This document shows, one piece after another, positions 1 to 11,994 of a DNA stretch of 64,000 nt. The notes under the pieces are model-generated. The model was not told where the DNA came from, searched no databases, and was given only the letters and a program-made list of their open reading frames with translations. The first letter of the stretch is position 1, and the number at the start of each line of letters is the position of its first letter. The DNA comes from Squalus acanthias (lineage: Eukaryota). The stretch covers positions 26,910,001-26,974,000 of the forward strand of contig CM059433.1 in the NCBI GenBank assembly GCA_030390025.1, given 5' to 3'. The translations under genes were made by a program, and so were the position numbers.

Positions 1-2290
1 TTTATGTGGCTGGTCCAGTTAAGTTTCTGGTTAATGGTGACCCCCAGGATATTGATAGTGGGGGATTCGGCGATGGTAATGCCATTGAATGTCAAGGGGA
101 GGTGGTTAGACTCTCGCTTGTTGGAGATAGTCATTGCCTGGCACTTCTGTGGCACGAATGTTTTCTGCCACTTATCAGCCCAAGCCTGAACGTCATCCAG
201 GTCTTGTTGCATGAGGACATGGACTGCTTCATTATCTATGGAGTTGCGAATGGCGCTGAACACTGTGCAGTCATCAGCGAACATCCCCATTTCTGACCTT
301 ATGTTGGAGGGAAGGTCATTGATGAAGCAGCTGAAGATGGTTGGGCCTAGGACACAGCCCTGAGGAACTCCTGGGGCTGTGATGATTGACCTTCAACCAC
401 CACAACCATCTTCCTTTGTGCTAGGTATGACTCCAGCCAGTGGAGCGTTTTCCCCCTGATTCCAGTTTTATTAGGGCTCCTTCATGTCAGACTCGCTCAA
501 ATGCTGCCCTGATGTCAAGGGCAGTCACTCTCACCTCACCTCTGGAATTCAGCTCCTTTGTCCATGTTTGGACTCAAGGCTCTAATAAGGCCGGGAGCCG
601 AGTGGTCTTGGCAGAACCCAAACTGGGCATCAGTGAACAGGTTATTGGTGAGTAAGTGCCACTTGATAGCACTGTCGATGACAACTTCCATCACTTTGCT
701 GATGATTGAGAGTAGACTGATGGGGCGGTAATTGGCCGGGTTGGATTTGTCCTGCTTTTTGTGGACAGGACATACCTGGGCAGTTTTCCACATTGTTGGA
801 TAGATGCCAGTGTTGTAGCTGTACTGGAACAGCTTCGCTAAAGGCGCGGCTAGTTCTGGAACACAAGTCTTCAGCACGATAGCCGGGATGTTGTCGGGGC
901 CCATAGCCTTTGCTGTATCCAGTGCGCTCAGCCGCTTCTTGATATCACGTGGAGTGAATCAAATTGGCTGAAGAATGGCTTCTGTGATGGTGGGGACCTC
1001 AGGAGGAGGCCGATATGGATGATCCAGTCGGCACTTCTGGCTAAAGATGGTTGCAAATGCTTCAGCCTTGTCTTTTGCACTCACGTGCTGGGCTCCACCA
1101 TCATTGAGGATGGGGTTATTCATGGAGCCTCCTCCTCCCGTTAGTTGTTTAATGGTCCACCACTATTCACGACTGGATGTGGCAGGACTGCAGAGCTTTA
1201 ATCTGATCCGTTGATTGTGGGATCGCTTAGCCTTGTCTATAGCATGCTGCTTCCACTTTTTAGCATGCATGTAGTCCTGTGTTGCAGCTTCCCCAGGTTG
1301 GCACCTCATTTTTAGGTACGCCTGGTGCTGCTCCTGGCATGCTCTTCTACACTCGTTGTTGAACCAGGGTTGGTCCCCTGGCTTGATGGTAATGGTAGAG
1401 TGAGGGATATGCCGGGCCATGAGGTTACAGATTGTGGTGGAATACAATTCTGCTGCTGCTGATGGCCCACAGCGCCTCATGGATGCTCAGTTTTGAGCTG
1501 CTAGATCTGTTCTGAATCTATCTGATTTAGCACGGTGGTAGTGCCACACAACACGATGGAGGGTGTCCTCAGTGTGAAGACAGGACTTCGTCTCCACAAT
1601 GATTGTGCGGTGGTCACTGCTACCAATGCGGTCATGGACAGATGCATCTGCAACAGGTAGATTTTTGAGGACGAGGTCAAGTAGGATTTTCCCTCTTGTT
1701 GGTTCTCTCACCACCTGTCACAGGCCTGGACTGGCAGTTGTGTCCTTCAGGACTCGACCAGTAGTGGTGCTACCGAGCCACTCTTGCTGATGGACATTGA
1801 ACTCCCCCACCCAGAGTACATTCTGTGCCCTTGCTACTCTCAGTGCTTCTTCCAAGTGGTGTTCAACATGGAGGAGTACTGATTCATCAGCTGAGGGAGG
1901 GCAGTAGGTGGTAATCAGCAGGAGGTTTCCTTGCCCATGCTTGACCTGAAGCCATGAGACTTCATGGGGTCCAGAGTCAATGTTGAGGACTCCCAGGGCC
2001 ACTCCTTCCCAACTGTATACCACTGTGCCGCCACCCCTGGTGGGTCTGTCCTGCTGGTGGGACAGGACATACCCAGGGATGGTGATGGAGGAGTTTGGGA
2101 CATTGGCTGAAAGCTATGATTCTGTGAGTATGACTAGTCTGTGGGACAGCTTTCCCAATTTTGGCTCAAGTCTCCAGATGTTGGTGAGGAGGACTTTGCA
2201 GGGTTGACTGGGCCGTTGCCGTGTCTTTAGCCGGTGCCGCGTGGTCCGTCCAGTTTCATTCTTATTATTTTGTTTCATAGCGGTTAGTTA
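1..2290 (-). mobile_element. Decayed non-LTR retrotransposon ORF2 (APE endonuclease + RT N-terminal half), CR1/L2 group
   Basis: Minus-strand ORF pieces: GPDNIP...WKTAQVCPVHKK...NYRPISLLS...QFGF (RT); LLITTYCPPS...WVGEFNVH and EPTRGKILLDLVL...SDH (APE). Broken by stops and frameshifts. Confidence 0.9.
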
Positions 2291-2616
2291 CAACTGAGTG
2301 ACTTGCTAGGCCATTTCAGAGGGCAGTTAAGAGTCAACCACATTGCTGTGGGTCTGGAGTCACATATAGGCCAGACCAGGTAAGGACGGCAGATTTCCTT
2401 CCCTAAAGGGGCATTAGTGAACCAGATGGGTTTTTATGACAATCCAATAGTTTCATGGTCACCATTACTGATACTAACTTTTCATTCCAGATTTATTTAA
2501 TTAACTGAATTTAAATTCCCCAGCTGCCATGGTGGGATTTGAACTCACGTTTCTGGATCATTAGTCCAGGCCTCTGGATTACTGGCCCAGTGACATTACC
2601 ACTACGCTACCGTATC
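2290..2616 (-). mobile_element. tRNA-derived (Pol III box A/box B) SINE-like head lying directly 5' of the LINE ORF
   Basis: Minus strand reads GGTAGCGTAGTGGTAA (box A-like) ... GAGTTCAAATCCC (box B-like), followed by a SINE-core-like body in the same orientation as the LINE. Confidence 0.7.
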
Positions 2617-2639
2617 CTTACGTGTAGAGACTAGAGAAA

Positions 2640-3595
2640 CTGGTTTTCAACGGATCATTTTCCGCCACCTCCAGCGTGATCACAACACATCTTCCCCTCC
2701 CCTCCCCTTTCAGCATTCCAAAGGGACTATTCCCTCCGCAACACCCTGATCCACTCTTCAATCACCCCCAACACCCCCTCCTCTTCCCACGGCACCTCCC
2801 GTGCAAATGCAGAAGATGCAACACTTGCCCTTTACCTCCTCCCTTCCCACCGCCCAGGGCCCCAAACACTCCTTCCAGGTGAAACAGCGATTTACTTGTA
2901 CTTCTTTCAATTTAGTATACTTAATTTGCTGCTCACGATGCGGTCTCCTCTACAGAGGAGACCAAACGCAGATTGGGTGATGGCTTTGCGGGGCACCTCC
3001 GTTCAGTCCACAAGCATGATCCTAAGCTTCCAGTCGGTTGTCATTTTAATTCTCCGTCCCACTCCCACTCTGACCTCTCTCTCCTCGGCCTCCTACACTG
3101 TTCTAATGAAGCTCGAAGGACAGCACCTCATCTTTCGATGAGACACTTTACAGACGCTGGGCTCAACACTGAGTTCAACAATTTCAGATCATAGCCACTG
3201 CTCCCATTTTTTCCAGACAGCAGCTGCTGGTAATGATTCTGCTGGTGTCATTTTCAGCACCTCTAGACCCATCTTTTATTTCTTTACTTGTCCCATTGCC
3301 ACCCCCTTTTGCCTTGCACCATCCTCCCTTTTGTCATTTAATCTCTCCTGCCTGCCATCCTATCACAGACCTTTTGTTCTTTCCTCCCCATCCTCCCCAT
3401 CCCCCTCTTTCCCTGCCTCTGTACTTGCTTAAAACCTGTTACCTCTCCAACTTTTTCCAGTTCTGACAAAAGGTCATCGACCTGAAACGTTAACTCTGTT
3501 TCTCTCTCCACAGATGCTGCCTGGCCTGCTGAGTATTTCCAGCATTTTCTGTTTTTATTTCAGATTTCCAGCATCCGCAGCATTTTGCTTTTGTA
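2640..3595 (+). mobile_element. Penelope-like element 3' fragment (GIY-YIG endonuclease C-terminus plus tail)
   Basis: Frameshifted translation: PCKCRRCNTCP...QVKQRFTC...CCSRCGLLY..ETKRRLGDGFAGHLRSV...PVGCHFNSPSHS...QHLIFR, typical of Penelope endonucleases. Confidence 0.85.
3459..3495 (+). ncRNA. Degenerate minimal type I hammerhead ribozyme of the Penelope tail
   Basis: AGTT-CTGACAA-A-AGGTC(ATC)GACCT-GAAAC-GTT-AACT: helix I AGTT/AACT, helix II AGGTC/GACCT, GAAA core, palindromic ACGT helix III. The CUGAnGA core reads CUGACAA. Confidence 0.65.
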
Positions 3596-4016
3596 TTAGA
3601 GAAGCTGAGGTTGTTCTCCGTAGAGCAGTGAAGGTTAAGGGAAGATTTAATAGAGGTGTTCAAAATCATGAAAGGTTTTGATAGAGTGAATATGGAGAAA
3701 CTGTTTCCAGTGGCAGAAGGGTCAGTATCCAGAGAACACAGATTTAAGGTAATGGCAAAAGAACCAAAGGCGACATGAGGAAACTTTTTTTTACGCAGCG
3801 AGTTATGATGATCTGGAATGTACTGCCTAATAGGGTGGTAGGAGCAGATTCAATAATAACTTTCAAAAAGGAATTGGATAAATACTTGAAGAGGAAAAAG
3901 TTGCAGGGCGATGGGGAAAGAACAGGGGAGTGGGACTAATTAGATAGCTCTTTCAAAGAGCTGGCACAGACACGATGGGCCGAATGGCCTCCTTCTGTGC
4001 TGTATCATTCTATGAC
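3596..4016 (+). mobile_element. CR1 (HER1-like) 3' fragment
   Basis: Translates to LEKLRLFSVEQ*RLREDLIEVFKIMKGFDRVN; ends in the gggccgaatggcctccttctgtgctgta tail. Confidence 0.85.
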
Positions 4017-4490
4017 TCCTAGCTCTACCTCTCCACCACTTATCTCAGTTGTGCCGTCAGACTGCCAGCCCAACACCGAGTTTTGGATTAGTCACGATTT
4101 CCTTCAACTTAACACTGAGAAGACCAAAACCATTGCTTTTTGGGCGCTGCCAACCTGAAAAAAACCATGCAGACTCATGTTCAATCCTGAGCTGCGGCTC
4201 AAACCCCACATCCTTCCTATCACTAACTGCTTACTTCTGTCTCCACGACATTGCCCACCTCCGTCCCTATTTCTGCCCTTCTGCTGCTGAACCCATGCTT
4301 TTGTCACCTCCAGAATCCAATGGCCTCCTTGCTGGCTTTCCAGCATCCACCCTCCAACTTGTCCAAAGGGATCTGCCTACATCCTGTTGCACACTAATTT
4401 CTTCGATCCCGTCATCACCGTACTCACTGATCGACATGGGCTTCCTGTTCCCCCATGCATCCAATTTAAAATTCTTGTCCTTATCTCATC
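4017..4490 (+). mobile_element. Decayed L2 LINE fragment
   Basis: Contains TAYFCLHDIAHLRP-like and cccatgcttttgtcacctccaga motifs shared with the L2 pieces at 21.3 kb and 55.8 kb. Confidence 0.6.
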
Positions 4491-4987
4491 CTCATCGGTT
4501 CTTGACTGGGGCAGAGATCGCATCATATAGAAGGTAAAGAAAGAAAGACTAGCGCCTTTCACAATCTCAAGACATCCCAAAGCGCTTTACAGCCAACGAA
4601 GTACTTTTTTGAATGGAAGTCACTGCTGTAATGTAGGTAAGTGGCTTTATAGATAACCTTGGTCCATGTGATCCGCTGGACTGGTTACGATCACCTGAGG
4701 GGATTGGAGAGGAATTGCCCCAGGGTTTTTCGCCTCTCCCAGGAGATGATGTGGCACAGGGGGGAAGGGGAAGTGTTTAGTCATCATGCTCCAGTCATCA
4801 TGAGTAGTGGGGCAGGCTTGAACAGAAGTGCAACAGGTGGTTGCAGATTTGTCTGTAACTTGACTTGGAGACTCTTCAACATGGTGATGTATTTCTTTGC
4901 GTGGTCATGTGCCCGGTACACCAGAATCCCCACTTTCCTTGCTCACAGTAGATGTATAATAAGCAAACCCGTCTTCTGTTTATTCAG

Positions 4988-5076
4988 AAATCAATGAAAC
5001 AGTGATGTGCACCAAGGACTTGATGGAAGTAGAGATCCCCAAATACTTCTTCTTGATGAGGAGTCCTCCGGTGTAT
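4988..5076 (+). CDS. ZP-domain protein, first visible coding exon (start of ZP-N)
   Basis: ttcag|AA ATC AAT...GTG TAT|gtaagt; INETVMCTKDLMEVEIPKYFFLMRSPPVY, with ZP Cys1. Phase 1 in, phase 0 out. Confidence 0.8.
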
Positions 5077-5460
5077 GTAAGTAAATTGCTAACAGAAGGA
5101 CAATATGACCTAAATAAACACTGCAGATAATGTGTATTGTACAGCCCAAGGTATATACATTTATATAGGAGAGTATATTGATATTGGACAATCCTCAGTG
5201 TATGAATATTGCCAAGTTTTCCAATTTGTTTGACTATTTTTCCACAGAGAGCAGTTGAAAAAAGTTACTTTTAATGTGTTTAAGAATGAAATATTCTCGT
5301 CAGTTTTATAAAAGCAGCAAGATGAACACTGGTTAATTTGCTAAATGGATGCTATTTTCCACAGAGAGTGAGCAATTCATTAGCTTCTCTAGATAAATTA
5401 AAGCACCTCACACCCACTTTTATGAAGAGTCCTCGGTACCCTGTACCCAAGGGATTATAC

Positions 5461-5755
5461 AGTGCACAGTGTATGGGTTTACACAGGAGATTACACCTCT
5501 ATTGCACAGTGCAGTGTATGGGTTTATACAGGAGATTACACCTCTATTGCACAGTGTATGGGTTTATACAGGAGATTATGCCTCTATTGCACAGTGTATG
5601 GGTTTATACAGGAGATTACGCCTCTATTGCACAGTGTATGGGTTTATACAGGAGATTACGCCTCTATTGCACAGTGTATGGGTTTATACAGGAGATTATT
5701 CCTCTATTGCAGTGTATGGGTTTATACAGGAGATTATGCCTCTATTGCACAGTGT
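5461..5755. repeat. 40-bp minisatellite (gtatgggtttatacaggagattacacctctattgcacagt)n
   Basis: About 7 tandem copies, period 40. Confidence 0.95.
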
Positions 5756-6461
5756 CATAGCCATAGAGTCATAACGGCACAGAAGGAGGCCATTCGGCCT
5801 ATCGAGTCCGTACCTGCTCTCTGCAGAGCAATCCAGTCAGTCCCATTCCCCCGCTCTATCCCCGTAGCCCTGCAAGTTTATTTCCCTCAAGTGCCTATCC
5901 AGTCTCCCCTTGAAAACATTGAGTGTGTCCGCTTCCACCACTTCCGTCGGTAGCGAGTTCCAGGTCCTCACCACTCGCTGCGTAAAAAAGTTTTTACTCA
6001 CGTCCCCCCTGTATCTCTTGCCCAAAACCTTAAATCTGTGTACCCTAGTCCTTGTACCATCAACTAGTGGGAACAGCCTTTCCCCGTCTAGCCTATCCAA
6101 ACCCGTCATAATCTTGTACACCTCTATCAAATCACCCCTCAACCTCCTTTGCTCTAATGAAAACAAATCCAGCTTCTCCAACCTGTCCTTGTAGCTAAGA
6201 TCCCCCAACCCCGGAACCATTCTGGTAAATCTCCTCTGCACCTTCTCAAGGGCCTTCACATCCTTCCTAAGGTGTGGTGACCAGAACTGGACGCAATACT
6301 CCAGTTGTGGCCTAACCAGCGCTTTATAAAGATTCAGCATAACTTCTCTACTTTTGTACTCAATACCTCTATTTATGAAACTCAAGATCCCATATGCTTT
6401 GCTAACCACTCTCTCAATATATGTCCTGCCATCATCAGGGACCTATGCACCTTAACTCCCA
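5756..6461 (-). mobile_element. CR1 3' portion
   Basis: ORF 5837-6409: KAYGILSFINRGIEYKS...LVRPQLEYCVQFWSP...RRLRGDLIEVYKI. Confidence 0.92.
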
Positions 6462-9370
6462 GGAACTGTTCCATAATCTATAGAATTTTGGAAGATGACA
6501 ACCATCCACTATTTCCATGGCTACCTCTTTTAGTACTCTGGGATGCAGATTATCAGGCCCTGGGGATTTATTGGCTTTCAGTCCCATTAATTTCTCCAGC
6601 ACTATTTTTTTACTAATACTAATTTCCTTTAATTCCTCCTTCTCACTAGACCCTTGGGTTCCCTAGCATTTCTGGGAAGTTATTTGTGTCTTCTTCCATG
6701 AAGACAGAACCAAAGTATTTGTATAATTGCTCTGCCATTTCCTTGTTCCCCATTATAAATTCTCCCGTTTCTGACTGTAAGGGACCTACATTTGGTTTCA
6801 CTAATCTTTTTCTTTCTACATACTTGTAGAAGCTTTTACAGTCCGCTTTTATGTTCCTTGCAAGTTTACTCTCATACTCTATTTCTCCCCTCTTAATCAA
6901 TCTCTTGGTCCTTTTTTGCTGAATTCTAAACTGCTCCCAATCCTCAGACTTGCTACTTTTTCTGGCAACTTTATATGACTCCTCTTTGGATCTAATACTA
7001 TCCTTAATTTCTTTTGTTAGCCATGGTTGGGCCGCTTTTCCTTTTGTGTTTTTGCGCCAGAAAGGAATGTATAACTGTTGCAATTCATGCATTCGTTCCT
7101 TAAATGTTAACCATTGCCTATCCACCGTCAAGCCTTTTAATGAAGCTCCCCAATCTATCATAGCCAACTCACTCCTCATACCTTCGTAGTTTCCTTTGTT
7201 CAGATTTAGGACCCTAGTTTCAGATTGGATTACTTCACTTTCCATCTTAATGAAGAATTCTATCATGTTATGGTCACTCTTCCCTAAAGGACCCTGCACA
7301 ACAAGATTATTAATTAACCCCTTCTCATTGCACAATACCCAATCTAGGATAGCCTGATCCCTAGTTGGCTCCTCAACGTACTGGTCTAAAAATCCATCTC
7401 GTACACACTCCAGGAATTCATCCTCCACAGTATTATTGCTAATTTGGTTTGGCCAGTCTATATGTAGATTAAAGTCACCCATGATTACTGTAGTACCTTT
7501 GTTACATGCATCTATAATTTCCTGTTTGATGCCGTCCCCTACATTACCACTACTGTTTGGAGGCCTATAGACAACTCCGACCAATGTTTTCTGCCCCTTG
7601 GTGCTTCTTAGCTCCACCCAGACTGATTCTACATCTTGATTTTCTGAGCCAATATCCTTTCTCACTATTGCTCTGATTTCATCCTTTACTAACAATGCCA
7701 CCCCACCTCCTTTTCCCTTTTGCCTGTCCTTCCTAAATATCAAATATCCTTAGATATTCAGCTCCCAGCCTTGGTCACCCTGTAGCCATGTCTCCGTAAT
7801 TGCAATTATATCGTATCCGTTTACATCTATTTGCGCTGTTAATTCGTCTACCTTATTACGAATGCTTCTTGCATTCAGATACAGTGCCTTTAGATTTGTC
7901 TTTTTAACATTTTTAGACATCTTAACATTTTTTTGTACTATGGCCCTATTTGCCTTATTACCATTTTTTCTTACCCGGACCCTATTTGTTAGTGCGCTCT
8001 TTTGTTTGTACGCTCTGTCCCTTCCTGACACACTCTGGTTATCCTTACCCCAATCACTTTCCTGCACTACTTCCTTGTCTTTTCTCTTTAGCATTCTAGA
8101 TTTCTCTCCCCCCCTTTTTTAGTTTAAAGCCCTACCTCCCTAATTATTCGATTCGCTAGAACTCTGGTCCCAGCATGGTTCAGGTGTAGTCCGTCCCAAC
8201 GGAACAGCAATCTCTTTCCCCAGTACTGGTGCCAGTACTGGTGCCAGTGCCCCACGAATCGAAACCCACTTCTCCCACACCAATCTTTGAGCCACGCATT
8301 CATCTCCCTGATCCTATTGACCCTATGCCAAGTTGCTCGTGGCTCAGGTAATAATCCAGAGATTATCACCCTTGTGGTTCTGCTCTTTAATTTAGTCCCT
8401 AGCTGCTCAAACTCTCTCAGCAGAACCTTTTTCTTAGTCCTACCTATGTCGTTGGTACCTACGTGGACCACGACAACTGGATCCTCCCCCTCCCACTCCA
8501 AGTTCTTCTCCAGCCCGGAGGAGATGTCCTTTACGCTGGCACCGGGAAGGCAACATAGCCTTCGGGACTCATGCTCCTGGCTGCAGAGAACAGTGTCTAT
8601 CCCACTAACTATACTGTCGCCTACTACGACCACCTTCCTTTTTACTCCTCCCACTTGAACGGCTTCCTGTACCATGGTGCCATGGTCAGTTTGCTCGTCC
8701 TCCCCGCAGTCCCTGCACTTGTCCACAAGGGTTGCAAGAACCTCGAATCTATTGGACAAGTGCAGGGATTGAGGCTCCTGCAATACTACCTCCTGGATCC
8801 CCGTACCTGCCTCACTCGCAGTCACACCCTCCTGTCCCTGACCACGTGTCAATTCTAAAGTATTTAATCTGAGGGGTGTGGCTGCCTCCTGGAGCAAAAG
8901 GTCCAGGTAACTTTCTCCCTCCCTGATGTCTCGCAATGTCTGCAGCTCGGACTCCAGCTCCTCAACTCGGAGCCGAAGTTCCTCGAACTGCAGACATTTA
9001 CCGCAGATGTAGTCGCCCTGGACAAAAATGTCCACAAGCTCCCACATATTGCAGCAGCCACACATCTCCTGTTCTCCCATTATTTTATTTATTTAATTAA
9101 TTAGTTTAGTGTTAATCAAATTATTTACCTCATTTAGTTTATTAAATTAAGTTTAGTTTTTAAAATTTAGTTATATGCTATATGTTAACTTAAAACTTAG
9201 CCCACAGTCACTACCAATCACTTACCTGCCTTATCTGTGACGTCACACTGCAGTTTTCTCTTGTTGTTGCAGGTGTGCTGCTGCTTTAATCCCCGCTCTC
9301 GGGCCTCGGTCTGCTCCCTCTCAGGTCTGTCGCCGCTCAAACTCCAAGTTGTTCACTCTGTGCCAGCTGC
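6462..9370 (-). mobile_element. CR1 5' portion (5'UTR, ORF1, APE endonuclease region)
   Basis: ORF2 pieces LYLNARSIRNK...IAITETWL, GVVYRPP, MGDFN, SDH at 6646-8094; ORF1 lies upstream. Confidence 0.92.
8124..9080 (-). CDS. CR1 ORF1 protein (Cys-rich zinc finger/leucine zipper + SGNH esterase domain), open
   Basis: CGCCNMWE...ICGKCLQFEELRLRVEELESELQTL; esterase blocks VVGDS, HVGTND, DGLHL. Confidence 0.9.
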   Translation of the reverse strand: MGEQEMCGCCNMWELVDIFVQGDYICGKCLQFEELRLRVEELESELQTLRDIREGESYLDLLLQEAATPLRLNTLELTRGQGQEGVTASEAGTGIQEVVLQEPQSLHLSNRFEVLATLVDKCRDCGEDEQTDHGTMVQEAVQVGGVKRKVVVVGDSIVSGIDTVLCSQEHESRRLCCLPGASVKDISSGLEKNLEWEGEDPVVVVHVGTNDIGRTKKKVLLREFEQLGTKLKSRTTRVIISGLLPEPRATWHRVNRIREMNAWLKDWCGRSGFRFVGHWHQYWHQYWGKRLLFRWDGLHLNHAGTRVLANRIIREVGL

Positions 9371-9372
9371 AC

Positions 9373-9505
9373 TATTGCACAGTGTATCGGTTTATACAGG
9401 AGATTACACCTCTATTGCACAGTGTATGGGTTTATACAGGAGATTACACCTCTATTGCACAGTGTATGGGTTTATACAGGAGATTATGCCTCTATTTCAC
9501 AGTGT
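9373..9505. repeat. Second block of the 40-bp minisatellite
   Basis: About 3 copies of the same unit as 5461-5755. Confidence 0.92.
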
Positions 9506-11990
9506 CATAGTCATAGAGTCATAACGGCACAGAAGAGGCCATTCGGCCTATCGAGTCTGTGCCGGCTCTCTGCAGAGCAATCCAGTCAGTCCCATTCCCC
9601 CGCTCTATCCCCGTAGCCCTGCAAGTTTATTTCCATCAAGTGCCTATCCAGTCTCCCATTGAAAACATTGAGTGTGTCCACTTCCACCACTTCTGTCGGC
9701 AGCGAGTTCCAGGTCCTCACCACTCGCTGCGTAAAAAAAGTTTTTCCTCACATCCCCCCTGTATCTCTTGCCCAAAACCTTAAATCTGTGTCCCCTAGTC
9801 CTTGTACCATCAACTAGTGGGAACAGCCTTTCCCCGTCTAGCCTATCCAAACCAGTCATAATCTTGTACACCTTTATCTAAAAAAAAATTATAAAGAGGG
9901 AGAAGATTGAGTATGAGAGTAAACTAGCAAATAATATAAAAACAGAGAGTAAGAGCTTCTTCAGGTATATAAAAAGGAAGAGAGTAGCTAAAGTAAACAT
10001 TGGTCCCTTAGAGGATGAGACTGGGGAATTAATAATGGGAAATAGAGAAATGGCAGAGACTCTAAACAATTATTTTGGATCGGTCTTCATGGTAGAAGAC
10101 ACTAAAAACATCCCAATAATAATAGATAATCAAGGGGCTATAGGGAGGGAGGAACTTAAAACAATCTCTATCACTAGAGAAAAAGTACTAGGCAAACTAA
10201 TGGGGCTAAAGGCCAACAAATCCCCTGGACCTGATAGCCTGCATCCTAGGGTCTTAAAAGAAGTGGCTGCAGAGATAGTGGATGCCTTGGTTGTAATCTA
10301 CCAAAATTCCATGGATTCTGAAGAGGTTCCAGCGGATTGGAAAACCACAAATGTAATGCCACTATTCAAGAAAGGAGGGAGACAGAAAGCAGGAAACTAT
10401 AGGCCAGTTAGCCTAACATCTGTCATTGAGAAAATGCTGGAATCCATTATTAAGGAGGTTATAGCACGACATTTAGAAAATCATAAGACAATCAAGCAGA
10501 GTCAACATGGTTTTATGAAAGGGAAATCGTATTTGACAAATTTGCTAGAGTTCTTTGAGGATGTAACAAACAGGGTGGATAAAGGGGAACCAGTGGATGT
10601 GGTGTATTTGGATTTCCAGAAGGCATTCGATAAGGTGCCACATAAAAGGTTACTGCACAAGATAAGAGCGCATGGGGTTGGGAGTAATATTTTGGCATGG
10701 ATAGGGGATTGGCTAACTAACAGAAAACAGAGAGTCGGGATAAATGGGTCATTTTCCGGTTGGCAACCAGTAACTAGTGGGGTGCCACAGGGATCAGTGC
10801 TGGGGCCTCAACTATTTACAATCTATATTAATGACTTGGTTGAAGGGACCGAGTGTACTGTAGCCAAATTTGCTGATGATACAAAGATAGGTGGGTTAGC
10901 AAGTTGTGAGGAGGACACAAAGAGTCTGCAAAGGGATATAGATAGGTTAAGTGAGTGGGCAAAAATTTGACAGATGGAGTACAATGTGGGAAAATGTGAG
11001 GTTATCCACTTTGGAAGGAAGAATGAAAATGCAACTTATTATTTAAATGGAGTGAGACTACAAAATGCTGTGGTACAAAGGGATCTGGGGGTCCTAGTAC
11101 ATGAAACACAAAAAGTTAGCCTGCAGGTACAGCAAGTAATTAGGAAGGCTAATGGAATGTTGGCCTTTATTACAAGGGGTATGGAGTATAAAAGTAGGGA
11201 AGTTTTGATGCAACTTTACAGGGCGCTGGTGAGACCGCACCTGGAGTACTGCGTACAGTTGTGGTCTCCATATTTAAGGAAGGATATACTTGCATTGGAG
11301 GCAGTACAGAGAAGGTTCACTAGGTTGATTCCTGGGATGAAGGGGTTGACGTATGACGAAAGGTTGCAAAGGTTGGGCCTATACTCATTGGAGTTTAGAA
11401 GAATGAGAGGTGATCTTATTGAAACATATATGATTCTGAGGGGGATTGACAGGGTAGATAGATGCTGAGAGGATGTTTCCCCTAGTGGGGGTATCTAGAA
11501 CCCGGGGGCATAGTTTCAGAATAAGGGGTCGCCCATTTAAGACGGAGATGAGAAGGAATTTCTTCTCTCAGAGGGTCGTGAATCTTTGGAATTCTCTACC
11601 CCAGAGAGCTGTGGAGGCGGTGCCACTGAATATATTCAAGGCGGAGATTGACAGACATTTGAACTACAAGGGAGTCAAGGGGTATGGGGAGAGAGCAGGA
11701 AAGTGGTGTTGAGGACAAGATTGGATCAGCCATGATCTTACTGAATGGCGGAGCAGGCTCGAGGGGCCGATTGGCCTACTCCTGCTCCTATTTCTTATGT
11801 TCTTATGCATCAAATCACCCCTTAACCTCCTTTGCTCTAATGAAAACAAATCCAGCTTCTCCAAGCTGTCCTTGTAGCTAAGATTCCCCAACCCTGGAAC
11901 CATTCTGGTAAATTTCCTCTGCACCCTCTCAAGGGCCTTCACATCCTTCTTAAAGTGTGGTGACCAGAACTGGATGCAATACTCCAGTTG
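9506..11990 (-). mobile_element. Second copy of the CR1 3' end (9506-9878 and 11808-11990), split by a + strand CR1
   Basis: Nearly identical to 5756-6308. Breaks at ...cttgtacacctttatc and resumes at atcaaatcacccc. Confidence 0.88.
9879..11806 (+). mobile_element. 5'-truncated CR1 (RT domain), nested insertion
   Basis: ORFs 10035-10970, 10974-11468 and 11473-11712: [41 protein letters not shown]; tail tcttatgttcttatg. Confidence 0.95.
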
Positions 11991-11994
11991 TTGC

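Noticed and set aside
4881..4997. ATG at 4881 as the start or signal exon of the ZP gene
   Set aside because: It is out of frame with the ZP exon (stops at 4997), gives no convincing signal peptide, and I found no good donor.
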